Shown here one piece after another: positions 47,805 through 57,679 of a stretch of 64,000 nucleotides of DNA (within the stretch, counting starts at the first letter, position 1; every line of letters begins with the position of its first letter). The stretch comes from Halanaerobiales bacterium. GTDB lineage: Bacteria; Bacillota; Halanaerobiia; Halanaerobiales; M55B127. The notes under the pieces were generated by a model, which ran no database searches, had not been told where the DNA came from, and saw nothing but the letters and a program-made list of their open reading frames with translations. Where the stretch lies: assembly GCA_018399995.1 (NCBI GenBank), contig JAGYMU010000002.1, positions 7,795 to 71,794 on the forward strand. The letters are read 5' to 3'. Both the position numbers and the translations under genes were made by a program.

Positions 47805-48668
47805 ATGGAGGGTATTATTACAAAAACTCTGGGAGGATTTTTTTTCGTAAAAACTAATAGTGTGGTTCATAAATGTGGGATTAGGGGTAAGCTAAAAACA
47901 ACCATATATCCTGGAGATATAGTAGTTATAGATAAAAAAAATAAGATCGTCGAAGCTGTTAAAGACAGAAGGAATTTACTGAACAGACCCAAAATAGCCA
48001 ATATTGATCAAGTTGTAATTATTCATTCCCTTAAAAATCCTCCTTTAGAAAAAAAGCTGTTAGACAGATTTATTTTAATGGTTGAATCTTCCAACTTGAA
48101 ACCATTAATTGCCTTTAACAAAGTTGATCTGATAGATGATTTAGAGCAGATGAAAACTGAATTATCTATATATGAAGAGATCGGATATAACACATTTTTT
48201 ATCAGCGCTAAAGAACATATTGGTTTAGATAACCTATATCACAATCTAGAAGACCATATATCTGTAGTAGCTGGTAACAGTGGGAGTGGTAAGTCTACAT
48301 TAATAAATAGTATTGTCAAAGATGTTAAACTTACGACTCAAAAGGTTAGCAAGAAATCAAAAAGAGGTGTACACACAACTCGTCATGTAGAGATGATTGC
48401 TATCTCAAAAAAAGGATATGTGGCAGATACTCCTGGTTTTAGCAGTATAGACATTGAAAACATTAAATCTTCTGATTTACATTTTTACTTTCCAGAATTT
48501 GAAAAATATGAAGGCAAATGTAAATTTAATAGCTGCAGTCATACTCATGAACCGGGCTGTAAGGTCAAAGAAGCTTTAAAAAACAATCTTATATCAAAAA
48601 ATAGGTATGAAAGTTATAAAGAAATATATAAAGAGCTACAAAAAAAAGAGGATGATTTATATGGTTAA
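47805..48668 (+). CDS. rsgA: Ribosome small-subunit-dependent GTPase RsgA (CpgA)
   Basis: RBS AAAGGAGG. Circularly permuted GTPase (NKVDL before the GNSGSGKSTLIN P-loop). Zn cluster CKFNSCSHTHEPGC. Confidence 0.93.
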   Translation: MEGIITKTLGGFFFVKTNSVVHKCGIRGKLKTTIYPGDIVVIDKKNKIVEAVKDRRNLLNRPKIANIDQVVIIHSLKNPPLEKKLLDRFILMVESSNLKPLIAFNKVDLIDDLEQMKTELSIYEEIGYNTFFISAKEHIGLDNLYHNLEDHISVVAGNSGSGKSTLINSIVKDVKLTTQKVSKKSKRGVHTTRHVEMIAISKKGYVADTPGFSSIDIENIKSSDLHFYFPEFEKYEGKCKFNSCSHTHEPGCKVKEALKNNLISKNRYESYKEIYKELQKKEDDLYG

Positions 48669-49323
48669 GATTGCACCATCGATTCTGTCAGCTGATTTTA
48701 GCAGATTGAAAGAAGAGATTACAAGTGTAAAAAGCGCAGAATACCTCCATTTAGACATCATGGATGGTAGATTTGTGCCGAACATTACTTTTGGGCCTGT
48801 AGTTATCAAATCTATTAGGCAGCACAGTAATCAAATATTCGATACCCATCTTATGATTGAGGAACCGGAAAGATATATTGAAGAATTTGCTAGAGCGGGT
48901 AGTGATCTTATCACAGTTCATATAGAAGCATCCAACCATGTTCATCGAACAATACAGCTTATTAAAAACTCTGGTTGTAAGGCTGGGGTTTCTTTAAATC
49001 CGGCAACTTCTTTAAATACCATTGAAAATATCATTGATGACCTCGATTTAATTTTAATTATGTCGGTAAATCCTGGTTTTGGTGGACAAAAATTAATTTT
49101 AAAGACTATAGACAAAATAAAAAAATTAAAACTGATGATAAAAGAAAGTTCAACTGAGACCCTAATTGAAATTGATGGAGGGGTTAATTTTAAAAATGTA
49201 GAAAAAATAGCTAAAACAGGTGTTGATATCATAGTAAGTGGCTCTACAATATTTGTAGGGGATCCCACCGAAAACTTAAGTAAATTTAGAAAAATTTTAA
49301 GGAATAGTGAGCAAGTTGAATGA
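48661..49323 (+). CDS. rpe: Ribulose-phosphate 3-epimerase
   Basis: The track ORF starts at 48607 inside rsgA. I use ATG 48661 (MVKIAPSILSADF). Motifs HLDIMDGRFVPN and SVNPGFGGQ. Confidence 0.95.
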   Translation: MVKIAPSILSADFSRLKEEITSVKSAEYLHLDIMDGRFVPNITFGPVVIKSIRQHSNQIFDTHLMIEEPERYIEEFARAGSDLITVHIEASNHVHRTIQLIKNSGCKAGVSLNPATSLNTIENIIDDLDLILIMSVNPGFGGQKLILKTIDKIKKLKLMIKESSTETLIEIDGGVNFKNVEKIAKTGVDIIVSGSTIFVGDPTENLSKFRKILRNSEQVE

Positions 49324-49960
49324 AATTTTAATTGTATTAAACGGTGTATTTCAAAATAAAAAGTATTTATATAGTGAGATAATTGATAGATACAGCACCA
49401 TTATTGCTGTAGATGGAGGATATAAATTTTTACAAAATATCGTTGACAGAAAACCTGATGCTATAATTGGTGATTTTGATTCCCTCGATAGAGATTCAAA
49501 GCTTTTAAGAAATTATAATGGAGAGATTTTGAAATTTCCCAGTGATAAAGATAAGACAGATGCAGAATTAGCAGTAGATTACTGTCTGACCAAAGGTCAT
49601 CAGCAGATATCTTTTATAGGAGCCTATGGAGGCAGAGCTGATCAGCAATTTGGTAATATATTGTTGTTAGAGTATGCTGCTCTCAATAGTATCAAAGCTA
49701 GAATCATCGCACCTGGTTTAGAGATTGGTTTAATTGAAGACAAAAAGACTTTTAACAATAAAAAGAATTTTATTTTTTCCATATTTGCACTTACAAAAGA
49801 GGTTACAATTAGTAGTTTGAGAGGCTGCAGATATGAATTAGATAATTATAAGCTAATTAGGGCGAGCAGCCGGGGAATTAGTAATGTAATTGAAAAAGAA
49901 GAGTCCGTAATCAAAATTCAAAAAGGCAAGTTATTATATTTTATTTCAAAGACATTATAA
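49307..49960 (+). CDS. thiN: Thiamine diphosphokinase
   Basis: 217-aa ORF with a GTG start. Pattern GDFDS...DKDKTD...GGRADQ is typical of TPK. Conserved slot after rpe. Confidence 0.85.
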   Translation: MSKLNEILIVLNGVFQNKKYLYSEIIDRYSTIIAVDGGYKFLQNIVDRKPDAIIGDFDSLDRDSKLLRNYNGEILKFPSDKDKTDAELAVDYCLTKGHQQISFIGAYGGRADQQFGNILLLEYAALNSIKARIIAPGLEIGLIEDKKTFNNKKNFIFSIFALTKEVTISSLRGCRYELDNYKLIRASSRGISNVIEKEESVIKIQKGKLLYFISKTL

Positions 49961-49972
49961 TAGGAGTTTTTT

Positions 49973-50803
49973 ATGAGAAAAATAGATAGTGAAATAATAA
50001 GCAAAAATATATCACAGGCAGTACAAACTGCTAATTTTTCTCTTGATATAAAGCTGTTAAGTATGTTAGAGGATGCAGTAAAAAAAGAGCAGTCTTCACT
50101 TGGGAAAAACATTTTAAAAAATTTAATAAAAAATGCTCAAATTGCTGAGCAGGAAAAGATTGCAATCTGTCAGGATACAGGTATTGTCGTTATTTTTATA
50201 AAAATTGGTAATCAAATACAGATTCAAGGTGATTTATATGAGGCAGTAAATAGAGGAATAAAGACTGGATATAATAAAGGTTATTTGAGAAAGTCAGTTG
50301 TAAAAGACCCCTTTAATAGAGAAAATACTGAAGATAATACACCAGCTGTAATTTATATAGAAAATGTATTAGGGGATAGCTTAGAATTTAATATATTAAT
50401 CAAGGGTGCTGGCAGTGAAAACATGAGCCAAATTAATATGTTTAGCCCGACAGCGAGTAAAGGTGAGATTATTGATTTTATAATTGATACGGTACAAAGA
50501 GCAGGCGCAAATGCCTGTCCTCCTTATATTATGGGAATTGGTATTGGGGGAACTTTTGAAAAAGCAGCCCTCTTGTCGAAAAAGGCTTTGCTTAAGGAAA
50601 AAACTGAGGATTCTTCTATTAGGATTTTTGAAAAGCGGATATTAAAAGAAATAAATAAAACAGGAATTGGTCCGGCTGGACTGGGAGGTATAGTTACAGC
50701 TCTAGATGTGCGTATTTTAAAACACCCCTGTCACATTGCTTCTCTGCCGGTAGCAGTAAATATTAACTGTCACGCTTCACGTCATATCAAAATCAGCATA
50801 TAA
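49973..50803 (+). CDS. Fe-S type (class I) hydro-lyase alpha subunit: fumarate hydratase / L(+)-tartrate dehydratase family
   Basis: 276-aa ORF. RBS TAGGAG. ICQDTG Fe-S ligand motif. Followed by the matching beta subunit. Confidence 0.85.
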   Translation: MRKIDSEIISKNISQAVQTANFSLDIKLLSMLEDAVKKEQSSLGKNILKNLIKNAQIAEQEKIAICQDTGIVVIFIKIGNQIQIQGDLYEAVNRGIKTGYNKGYLRKSVVKDPFNRENTEDNTPAVIYIENVLGDSLEFNILIKGAGSENMSQINMFSPTASKGEIIDFIIDTVQRAGANACPPYIMGIGIGGTFEKAALLSKKALLKEKTEDSSIRIFEKRILKEINKTGIGPAGLGGIVTALDVRILKHPCHIASLPVAVNINCHASRHIKISI

Positions 50804-50815
50804 GTGGGTGAAATA

Positions 50816-51367
50816 ATGAATTTAGAGACACCACTGACAGAAAACAAGATTAATAAATTAAAAGCGGGAGATAAAATTTATTTAAGTGGTTACTTATATA
50901 CTGCTCGTGATCAGGCCCATAAAAAGTTATATGAACTTATTGAGAATAATAAAGAGCTTCCTATTAATATTGAAAATGCGATTATATACTATACTGGTCC
51001 TGCTCCAGCCCGTCCAGGCAGAGTTATAGGTCCATGTGGACCCACTACAAGTTATCGGATGGATAAATACACACCGGTTCTTTTGAAGATGGGCTTAAAA
51101 GCCATGATCGGTAAAGGGCCGAGAAGCAAGAGGGTAGTTGAATTAATAAAAGAAAATAAGGCAGTATATTTTGCTGCCACAGGAGGGGCGGCGGCACTTC
51201 TATCTAAAAGAATTATTGACTCTAAAGTAGTTGCTTATCCCAAATTAGATACAGAGGCGATCAGGCTCTTAAAAGTTAGAGATTTTCCTCTGGTTGTGAT
51301 TAATGATATCTATGGTAACGATCTGTATGATATGGGGAAAAACAAATATAAGGAGAACAAAGGTTGA
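50816..51367 (+). CDS. Fe-S type (class I) hydro-lyase beta subunit: fumarate hydratase / tartrate dehydratase family
   Basis: The track ORF starts at GTG 50804. I use ATG 50816. Pattern LSGYLYTARDQAHKKL...GPTTS.RMD...IGKG is typical of the C-terminal fumarase domain. Confidence 0.85.
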   Translation: MNLETPLTENKINKLKAGDKIYLSGYLYTARDQAHKKLYELIENNKELPINIENAIIYYTGPAPARPGRVIGPCGPTTSYRMDKYTPVLLKMGLKAMIGKGPRSKRVVELIKENKAVYFAATGGAAALLSKRIIDSKVVAYPKLDTEAIRLLKVRDFPLVVINDIYGNDLYDMGKNKYKENKG

Positions 51368-51487
51368 GGGGTTTAAAAAAGGATTTAAAAATACAGCAGT
51401 TAAAAAATATTTAACAATGAGCAGTAATAAAAAAAAGAGTCGAGTATTTTATAAATTTTCAAAAAATAGATAAATTGATAAAATAAT

Positions 51488-51516
51488 AGTAGAGATTTCT
51501 ACTGTTTATTTTTTTT
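51488..51516 (+). terminator. Weak rho-independent terminator downstream of the hydro-lyase operon
   Basis: 6-bp stem AGTAGA/TCTACT with a 4-nt loop, followed by GTTTATTTTTTTT. AT-rich and 120 nt from the stop. Confidence 0.35.
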
Positions 51517-51649
51517 ATTACTACTTTTATTTTTTTACTTTTTAGTTTTGAATTAAAATTAATAATCAACAAATTTTTAAAACTTTTTAGAAAGTTTAAA
51601 ATTTTAACTATTGATACTTTATGATAACCTAGAACCAATTATAACAGCT

Positions 51650-51690
51650 TAAAATAAAAAAGAGTTTATTCATGATATAATGAATAAACC
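51650..51690 (-). terminator. Rho-independent terminator of rpmB
   Basis: 10-bp perfect stem GTTTATTCAT/ATGAATAAAC (51664-51673 / 51680-51689), followed on the minus strand by TCTTTTTTATTTT. Confidence 0.75.
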
Positions 51691-51708
51691 CTGATATCAA
51701 CAATCTAT

Positions 51709-51939
51709 TTAATATGCACGTTGAACTTTACCTGCTTTTAAGCACTTAGCACATACCGTAATTTTTTGTTTTTTTCCATCTACAATAGCTTTAACTTTAT
51801 GCAGGTTTGGTTTTTGGGTGCGACTGCTTATACTTGTAACATTACGACCAACTCCACCTTTTTTCTTGGCTTTACCACGTCTTCTAATTCTATTGGCATT
51901 ATTGCTGCCTTTACCGCATATTTCACAATATTTTGCCAT
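51709..51939 (-). CDS. rpmB: 50S ribosomal protein L28 (Cys-containing, zinc-ribbon form)
   Basis: The track ORF starts at 51948. I use ATG 51939 (MAKYCEICGK), after GGAGGTG. 76 aa with CxxC...CxxC. Confidence 0.92.
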   Translation of the reverse strand: MAKYCEICGKGSNNANRIRRRGKAKKKGGVGRNVTSISSRTQKPNLHKVKAIVDGKKQKITVCAKCLKAGKVQRAY

Positions 51940-52058
51940 TTGATACACCTCCTGTATCTAATATAACTAATATAACTTTTCAGTCAAATATCATTTTAAC
52001 ACATTTAGGCAGGTTATGACAAGTAGTTTATTATAAATATTAATGTATTTCTAAAATG

Positions 52059-52087
52059 TTGCAAGCTTAATCAAAATATAGTAAAAT
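52059..52087 (+). promoter_or_regulatory. Sigma-A-like promoter upstream of the asp23-DAK2-degV-recG operon (TTGCAA, 17-nt spacer, TAAAAT)
   Basis: -35 TTGCAA at 52059-52064, 17-nt spacer, -10 TAAAAT at 52082-52087. Confidence 0.5.
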
Positions 52088-52116
52088 TACAATGTATATA
52101 AAGAGAGGTGAAAATT

Positions 52117-52482
52117 ATGGTTAAAGAGATTAATACAGAACTTGGAAAGATATTTATAGCAGAAGAAGTTATAGAAAACATTGCAGGACTTTCTGCAATG
52201 GAATGTTATGGTCTGGTAGGGATGTCATCTAAAAATATGCAGGATGGTATAGCAGATTTACTTGGGCTAGATAATGTCAGCAAAGGAGTTTCTGTAGAGA
52301 TTGAAGAAGATGAAGTAAAAGTATTTCTAAATATTATAGTTGAATATGGAACAAATATTTATGAGGTAGCCAATAATATAATTGAAAGGGTGAAATATAC
52401 TCTGAAAAACAGAGTAGGAATCGAAGTAGAGGATATAGAGATTAATGTCCAGGGAGTGAGGATAGGCAATGGAACAGAATGA
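52117..52482 (+). CDS. Asp23/Gls24-family envelope stress protein (YloU-like, DUF322)
   Basis: The track ORF starts at GTG 52108. I use ATG 52117, after GAGAGGTG. Pattern GKIFIAEEVIENIAGLSAMECYGLVGM. Conserved slot before the DAK2 gene. Confidence 0.85.
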   Translation: MVKEINTELGKIFIAEEVIENIAGLSAMECYGLVGMSSKNMQDGIADLLGLDNVSKGVSVEIEEDEVKVFLNIIVEYGTNIYEVANNIIERVKYTLKNRVGIEVEDIEINVQGVRIGNGTE

Positions 52483-54151
52483 GGAGTTCAAAATAATAGA
52501 TGATAAAACTTTTAAAGATATGTGTTATGGTGCTCTCAATAGGCTTAAAGAACAGCAGTCTTATATAGATTCTTTAAATGTCTTTCCTGTGCCAGATGGA
52601 GATACAGGAACGAATATGTTATTAACACTGCAGGAGGCTGTAGAAAATCTTGATAAATCAAAATCTAAACGTATAGATAAATTAACACAGGCTCTTTCTA
52701 AAGGGGCTTTGATGGGAGCAAGAGGTAACTCCGGTGTAATCTTATCTCAGCTTTTACGCGGTTTTTCAGAGGCTAACAAGGGCAAACAGGTTATGGATAG
52801 TCAGGATATGATTCACTCCTTGTCTAGGGCTTCGAAAATAGCATATCAGGGTGTTTTAAGGCCAGTTGAAGGTACTATTTTGACTGTGGCTAGAAAAGCT
52901 GCTGAAAGGGCTGAAGAATTGAAGGAAACCAAAGATTTAGAAAAACTCTTAAATGAAGCAATACGAGCAGCCCATACGGCTTTAAATAAAACCCCAGAAC
53001 AATTACCTCAGCTGAAAGAAGCTGGTGTTGTAGATGCAGGAGGTCAGGGTTATTTAATCATCTTAAAAGGTATGTTGGCTGGTTTAACAGGTAAGATAGA
53101 AATAGTTGAAGAAGAAAAGATCAAAAAAACGGTTACAGAAGAAAGAGAAGCAAAAGAATTAAAATACGGTTATTGTACCCAAACTTTGATAGAGGTTAAA
53201 AATACAGATGTGGATATAAATGAGATAAAAGAAGACATTGAACAGTTTGGTGATTCGATGATGGTGGTGGGAGATGATGATATTATTAAAATACACATCC
53301 ATACCGATCACCCTGGAATTATTTTGGAGTATGCCCTAAAAACCGGTAGTTTGAGAGATATAACTATCGATAATATGAGAATACAAAGTGCCGAGATGAG
53401 AAAAGAAAGCGAGAAACAACAACAACAAGAATTTGAACAGATCCAAGAGGAAAGCGAAGAGAAGATTGTCAAAAATAAAAAAACCACACAAATGCATAAG
53501 AAGATAGGTATAATTGCTGTTGCTAAAGGGGATGGCATTAAAAATATATTGTTGGAACTTGGTGTAGATTTAATCATTGATGGAGGACAATCTATGAATC
53601 CTAGTACCAATGATTTTGTAGAAGCTGTTAAAGAGATAAAACAGGAAGAAATAATAATTTTTCCCAATAATAAAAACATTATATCAGCCGCTAAACAGGC
53701 AAAATCACTTTCTGATAAAGAAGTAAGAATAATTGAAACAAGGACCATACCGGAAGCAATAGCAGCATTATTAATCTTTAATGACCAAAATGAATTAGAT
53801 GAATTAAAAACCAGAATGGAAAAGGAAACAAAACAGGTAAAGACGATTGAGATTACAAATGCTGTTAAGGATTCTAAAGTAAATGGTTTTAAGATTAATC
53901 AAGAAGATGTGATAGGGATTGTCAACGGTACCATCAAAGCTGTAGGTGATGACGAATTAGATGTTATTGAAGAGCTTATAGATAAAGAATGGGAATGCGA
54001 GGATTTAATTACTATCTACTATGGTGATGGAGCAGATTATAAAGAAGCTGAAAAGATCAAAGAGAAATTTGAAGAGTTTTCAAAAGATGTGGAAATAGAA
54101 ATATATGAAGGTGGTCAACCATTATATCCATATATTATTTCTTTAGAATAA
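52469..54151 (+). CDS. DAK2-domain protein (YloV / FakA-like fatty-acid kinase subunit)
   Basis: 560-aa ORF. DhaL motif PDGDTGTNM and GARGNSG. Gln/Glu-rich linker. C-terminal DegV-like/uncharacterised domain. Confidence 0.85.
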   Translation: MEQNEEFKIIDDKTFKDMCYGALNRLKEQQSYIDSLNVFPVPDGDTGTNMLLTLQEAVENLDKSKSKRIDKLTQALSKGALMGARGNSGVILSQLLRGFSEANKGKQVMDSQDMIHSLSRASKIAYQGVLRPVEGTILTVARKAAERAEELKETKDLEKLLNEAIRAAHTALNKTPEQLPQLKEAGVVDAGGQGYLIILKGMLAGLTGKIEIVEEEKIKKTVTEEREAKELKYGYCTQTLIEVKNTDVDINEIKEDIEQFGDSMMVVGDDDIIKIHIHTDHPGIILEYALKTGSLRDITIDNMRIQSAEMRKESEKQQQQEFEQIQEESEEKIVKNKKTTQMHKKIGIIAVAKGDGIKNILLELGVDLIIDGGQSMNPSTNDFVEAVKEIKQEEIIIFPNNKNIISAAKQAKSLSDKEVRIIETRTIPEAIAALLIFNDQNELDELKTRMEKETKQVKTIEITNAVKDSKVNGFKINQEDVIGIVNGTIKAVGDDELDVIEELIDKEWECEDLITIYYGDGADYKEAEKIKEKFEEFSKDVEIEIYEGGQPLYPYIISLE

Positions 54152-54173
54152 ATTATAAGTGAGGAGATTAATT

Positions 54174-55061
54174 ATGAAAATAGGTATTTTAACAGATAGC
54201 ACATGTGACTTGCCAAAAAAACTAATAGATGAATATAATATTCATATTATTCCTTTAACCCTTAGAATTGGAGAAGAACAGTATAAGGATAGAAAGGAGA
54301 TAAATTCTGATCAATTTTTAAACAGGATAAAGCAATCTGATGTAATGCCGACCACTTCACAACCTTCAGTTGGCGAATTTGAGGTTATCTATAGAGAGTT
54401 GAATAAAGATTATGATCATATAATATCAATACACTTATCCAGCCATCTAAGTGGAACAGTTCATTCAGCTCAACTGGCTATTAAGGAAAATCCAGAGTTC
54501 AATATCACAGTGATTGATTCCAAAACAGCCTCAATTGGCCTGGGGTTTTTAGATATTTTGGCTGCCAAGCTGATTGCAAAAGGCCTAAAATTAGAAAAAA
54601 TTGTAGAGCTTTTAAAAAAAGCACGCCGTGATATAGAAATCTATTTAACCGTAGATAATCTTTCTTTTTTTGAAAAAGGAGGACGTATTAGTAAAGCGGG
54701 ATCTTTTATAGGAGATCTGATTAATTTAAAACCAATTTTGAAATTAGATTTTAATTCTAAAGCTGTTGAGCCTCTGGATAAAGTAAGAGGAAGAAAAAAC
54801 ACACATAAAAAACTACTAGAATTAGTAGACAAATATATAGCTAAAGACAAGGATAATCAAAGTGAATATTGGTTCGGTTTTGTTCACGGTGAGTTAAAGT
54901 ACACCACTACTTTTAAAAAAATGTATCAGAACAAAATAGATAATTTATCTGTTGGTTGTAAATACTATCAAAATACTGTTGGTGCTGTTATTGGCAGTCA
55001 TACGGGGCCTACTGTATATGGTGTTGTTTTATTTAAGGGTGGTAAATATTTAAATGAGTAA
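54174..55061 (+). CDS. DegV-family fatty-acid-binding protein (FakB-like)
   Basis: The track ORF starts at 54159. I use ATG 54174, after GAGGAG. Pattern MKIGILTDSTCDLP...TSQPS is typical of DegV. Confidence 0.88.
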   Translation: MKIGILTDSTCDLPKKLIDEYNIHIIPLTLRIGEEQYKDRKEINSDQFLNRIKQSDVMPTTSQPSVGEFEVIYRELNKDYDHIISIHLSSHLSGTVHSAQLAIKENPEFNITVIDSKTASIGLGFLDILAAKLIAKGLKLEKIVELLKKARRDIEIYLTVDNLSFFEKGGRISKAGSFIGDLINLKPILKLDFNSKAVEPLDKVRGRKNTHKKLLELVDKYIAKDKDNQSEYWFGFVHGELKYTTTFKKMYQNKIDNLSVGCKYYQNTVGAVIGSHTGPTVYGVVLFKGGKYLNE

Positions 55062-57111
55062 TCTTAAAGAAGAAGAAGAGATTAGATTTTTAAAAGGGGT
55101 GGGTCCAAAATTTGAGAAGAGATTAAATAATTTAGGGATTAATAACTTGAAGGATCTCTTTTATTACTTTCCCCGCACTTACCAGGATCGTTCGGATTTC
55201 AAGGAAATTCGATTTATAAGGCCAAATGAGATGGTTAGTATTAAGGCCGAGGTTTTAGATAAAGACTTGATAAAAAGAGGCAAATATAAGTCCGTTTTTA
55301 AAGTAACTTTTACAGATGGGACTGATACATTAATCGGCACATGGTTTAATCAATCTTATCTGAATGATGTATTTGAATCAGGTCAAAAGTATAATTTATA
55401 CGGTGAGTTAAGTAAGAAGAGTTTTTTTAAGTATAATAAAAAAGAGATGATAAACCCAACCTATGAAGAGATTGATAATAAAAATACCATTATCCATACC
55501 GGCCGAGTAGTTCCAATCTACTCTTTAACAGAGGGATTAACACAAAAGAGGCTGAGGTATATAATATACAGGGCCTTAAAAGATCATATACATAAAATTA
55601 CTGACTTTTTACCTGAATATATTATTGATAAATATAATTATATTGAATTGAAAAAAGCTATTTTTAATATGCACTTTCCGCAGAACAGGCAGATTTTTGT
55701 AAAAGCCAGAAATAGGCTTGCCTTTCAGGAATTATTTTTACTGCAAATAGTAATGTTAAAAAGGAAAAAGGAATATAAAAAAGTTAATGGGATTAAACAC
55801 CATAGCTTTAATGAAAAGATGGATGATTTTTTAGATAGACTCCATTTTAATTTAACGGATGCTCAAAAGAAAGCCTGGCAGCAGATCAAGAGTGATATGG
55901 AAAAAAAAGAACCCATGCAGAGGCTTCTACAGGGTGATGTTGGTTCGGGAAAAACTATAATTGCGGTGATGTCTTTAATTAAAACAATAGAAAATGGATA
56001 TCAGGGTATCTTAATGGCGCCTACCGAAATACTGGCTGAACAGCACTATATTAAAATCAACAAAATCCTTAAGGGATTTGATTATAATGTTGATATATTG
56101 GTGGGTGGAGTTAAGGGCACAGAGCGGAAAGATACTATCAAAAGGATAAAAAACAGCCAGGCTGATCTTATTATTGGAACACATGCTCTTTTTCAAAATG
56201 ATATTGAATATTACAATATTGGCTTAATCGTTATTGATGAACAACACAGATTTGGTGTTGAACAGAGATATCAGCTTAAACAAAAAGGTGATAATCCTGA
56301 TCTGTTGGTAATGACAGCTACTCCCATTCCCAGGTCTTTAGCCTTAACTTTATATGGGGATCTTGATCTTTCAATTATTGATGAAATGCCACCGGGAAGA
56401 AAACCCGTTATTACAACATGGAGGACCGAAAAAAGTCGTTCTAAAATATATAATTTTGTTAAAGAAAAGATTAAAAAAGGCGAACAGGTGTATGTGGTTT
56501 GCCCCCTAATAGAACCTTCTGAAGAATTGGAGGCTAATTCTGTTTTAGAGATAAAAGAAATTTTAGATAAAAATTATCTTTCCGAATTTAATGTTATAGC
56601 CCTTCATGGTCAGCTGAGTAGTAATGAAAAAAATAAAATAATGAGTGATTTTGTTAACCATAAAATAGATGTATTGATCTCTACAACCATCATCGAAGTT
56701 GGTGTTGATGTTGATACTGCTAATATTATGGTGATAGAAAATGCCGAAAGATTTGGGCTGGCACAACTTCATCAACTACGGGGTCGAATAGGACGTGGTC
56801 AAAAACAGGCATACTGCATTATGATTGCTGATCCCAGTACTGAAGAAGCTAAAAAAAGATTGGAAGTGATGACAGAAACTAATGATGGATTCAAAATTTC
56901 AGAAGCTGATCTTGAGATCAGGGGGCCGGGTGAATTTTTTGGTACTAGACAGCATGGTATAACCGATTTAAAGATAGCTGATATCTTAAAAGACAGAAAA
57001 ATATTAGCTAAGGCCAACCAGGAAGCCAATCAGCTTACAGAAATTTATAACTGGTCTCAGAAGTACAAAAAGTTAGCTAAAAAAGTAGAAGAATTAAAAA
57101 TAATAATATAA
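55054..57111 (+). CDS. recG: ATP-dependent DNA helicase RecG
   Basis: 685-aa ORF. N-terminal wedge domain. Walker A GDVGSGKT, DEQHRFG, and the TATPIPRSL motif. Confidence 0.95.
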   Translation: MSNLKEEEEIRFLKGVGPKFEKRLNNLGINNLKDLFYYFPRTYQDRSDFKEIRFIRPNEMVSIKAEVLDKDLIKRGKYKSVFKVTFTDGTDTLIGTWFNQSYLNDVFESGQKYNLYGELSKKSFFKYNKKEMINPTYEEIDNKNTIIHTGRVVPIYSLTEGLTQKRLRYIIYRALKDHIHKITDFLPEYIIDKYNYIELKKAIFNMHFPQNRQIFVKARNRLAFQELFLLQIVMLKRKKEYKKVNGIKHHSFNEKMDDFLDRLHFNLTDAQKKAWQQIKSDMEKKEPMQRLLQGDVGSGKTIIAVMSLIKTIENGYQGILMAPTEILAEQHYIKINKILKGFDYNVDILVGGVKGTERKDTIKRIKNSQADLIIGTHALFQNDIEYYNIGLIVIDEQHRFGVEQRYQLKQKGDNPDLLVMTATPIPRSLALTLYGDLDLSIIDEMPPGRKPVITTWRTEKSRSKIYNFVKEKIKKGEQVYVVCPLIEPSEELEANSVLEIKEILDKNYLSEFNVIALHGQLSSNEKNKIMSDFVNHKIDVLISTTIIEVGVDVDTANIMVIENAERFGLAQLHQLRGRIGRGQKQAYCIMIADPSTEEAKKRLEVMTETNDGFKISEADLEIRGPGEFFGTRQHGITDLKIADILKDRKILAKANQEANQLTEIYNWSQKYKKLAKKVEELKIII

Positions 57112-57127
57112 AAAAGAGTGGTAAAAG

Positions 57128-57679
57128 ATGAGAGTAATTGCCGGGCAGGCTGGTGGAATAACATTAAAAAGTATAAATACTAAAAAAGTAAGGCCCACCC
57201 TGGATAGGGTTAAAGAAGCATTATTCAGTATTATTTTACCATATTTTCCTAAAGCAAGTGGTCTTGATCTCTATGCTGGATTTGGTAACCTGGGCCTTGA
57301 AGCAGTTAGCAGGGGAGTAGAAAAATTAACCTTTGTTGAAAAAAAACCTAAATTTGCCGGTATAATAAAAGAAAATATTGATAAATGTGGGTTTGCAAAT
57401 CAGTGTCAAGTTGAAGTTAATGATGTTTTGAAATATCTTCAAACTGTGAACCAGAAGTTTGATATAGTATTTTTAGATCCTCCCTATAATAAATATTTAG
57501 TTAACAAAACCATAAAAAGCCTGGTTAACAATAAATTGTTGAACACTGATGCACTAATAATTGTGGAGCATCATGAAGAAGAAAAAATTGAAAAATTTAA
57601 TAGTTTAATCAAGATTAAAGATAAAAATTATAATAAGACTGTAATTGAAGTATATTTAAAAAGGAGTGATACATTATAA
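57128..57679 (+). CDS. rsmD: 16S rRNA (guanine966-N2)-methyltransferase RsmD
   Basis: 183-aa ORF. MRVIAG...RPT..RVKEALF pattern, SAM motif LDLYAGFGNLGLEA, and DPPY. Confidence 0.9.
   Translation: MRVIAGQAGGITLKSINTKKVRPTLDRVKEALFSIILPYFPKASGLDLYAGFGNLGLEAVSRGVEKLTFVEKKPKFAGIIKENIDKCGFANQCQVEVNDVLKYLQTVNQKFDIVFLDPPYNKYLVNKTIKSLVNNKLLNTDALIIVEHHEEEKIEKFNSLIKIKDKNYNKTVIEVYLKRSDTL

Noticed and set aside
51417-51473. 18-codon ORF (MSSNKKKSRVFYKFSKNR) in the fumarase/rpmB convergent spacer.
   Set aside because: No RBS, an AT-rich chance ORF, and located downstream of an operon end.
51571-51606. Long imperfect A/T palindrome (AAATTTTTAAAACTTT-ttag-AAAGTTTAAAATTT).
   Set aside because: Only one G-C pair, and two bulges are needed. 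Low-complexity AT sequence of this kind is expected by chance in a 341-nt AT-rich spacer.
53308-53748. 146-aa antisense ORF inside the DAK2 gene.
   Set aside because: Shadow ORF opposite the Glu/Lys/Gln-rich linker. It has no RBS, contains a Cys run that mirrors the sense-strand GCA/CAA repeats, and overlaps a well-supported gene.
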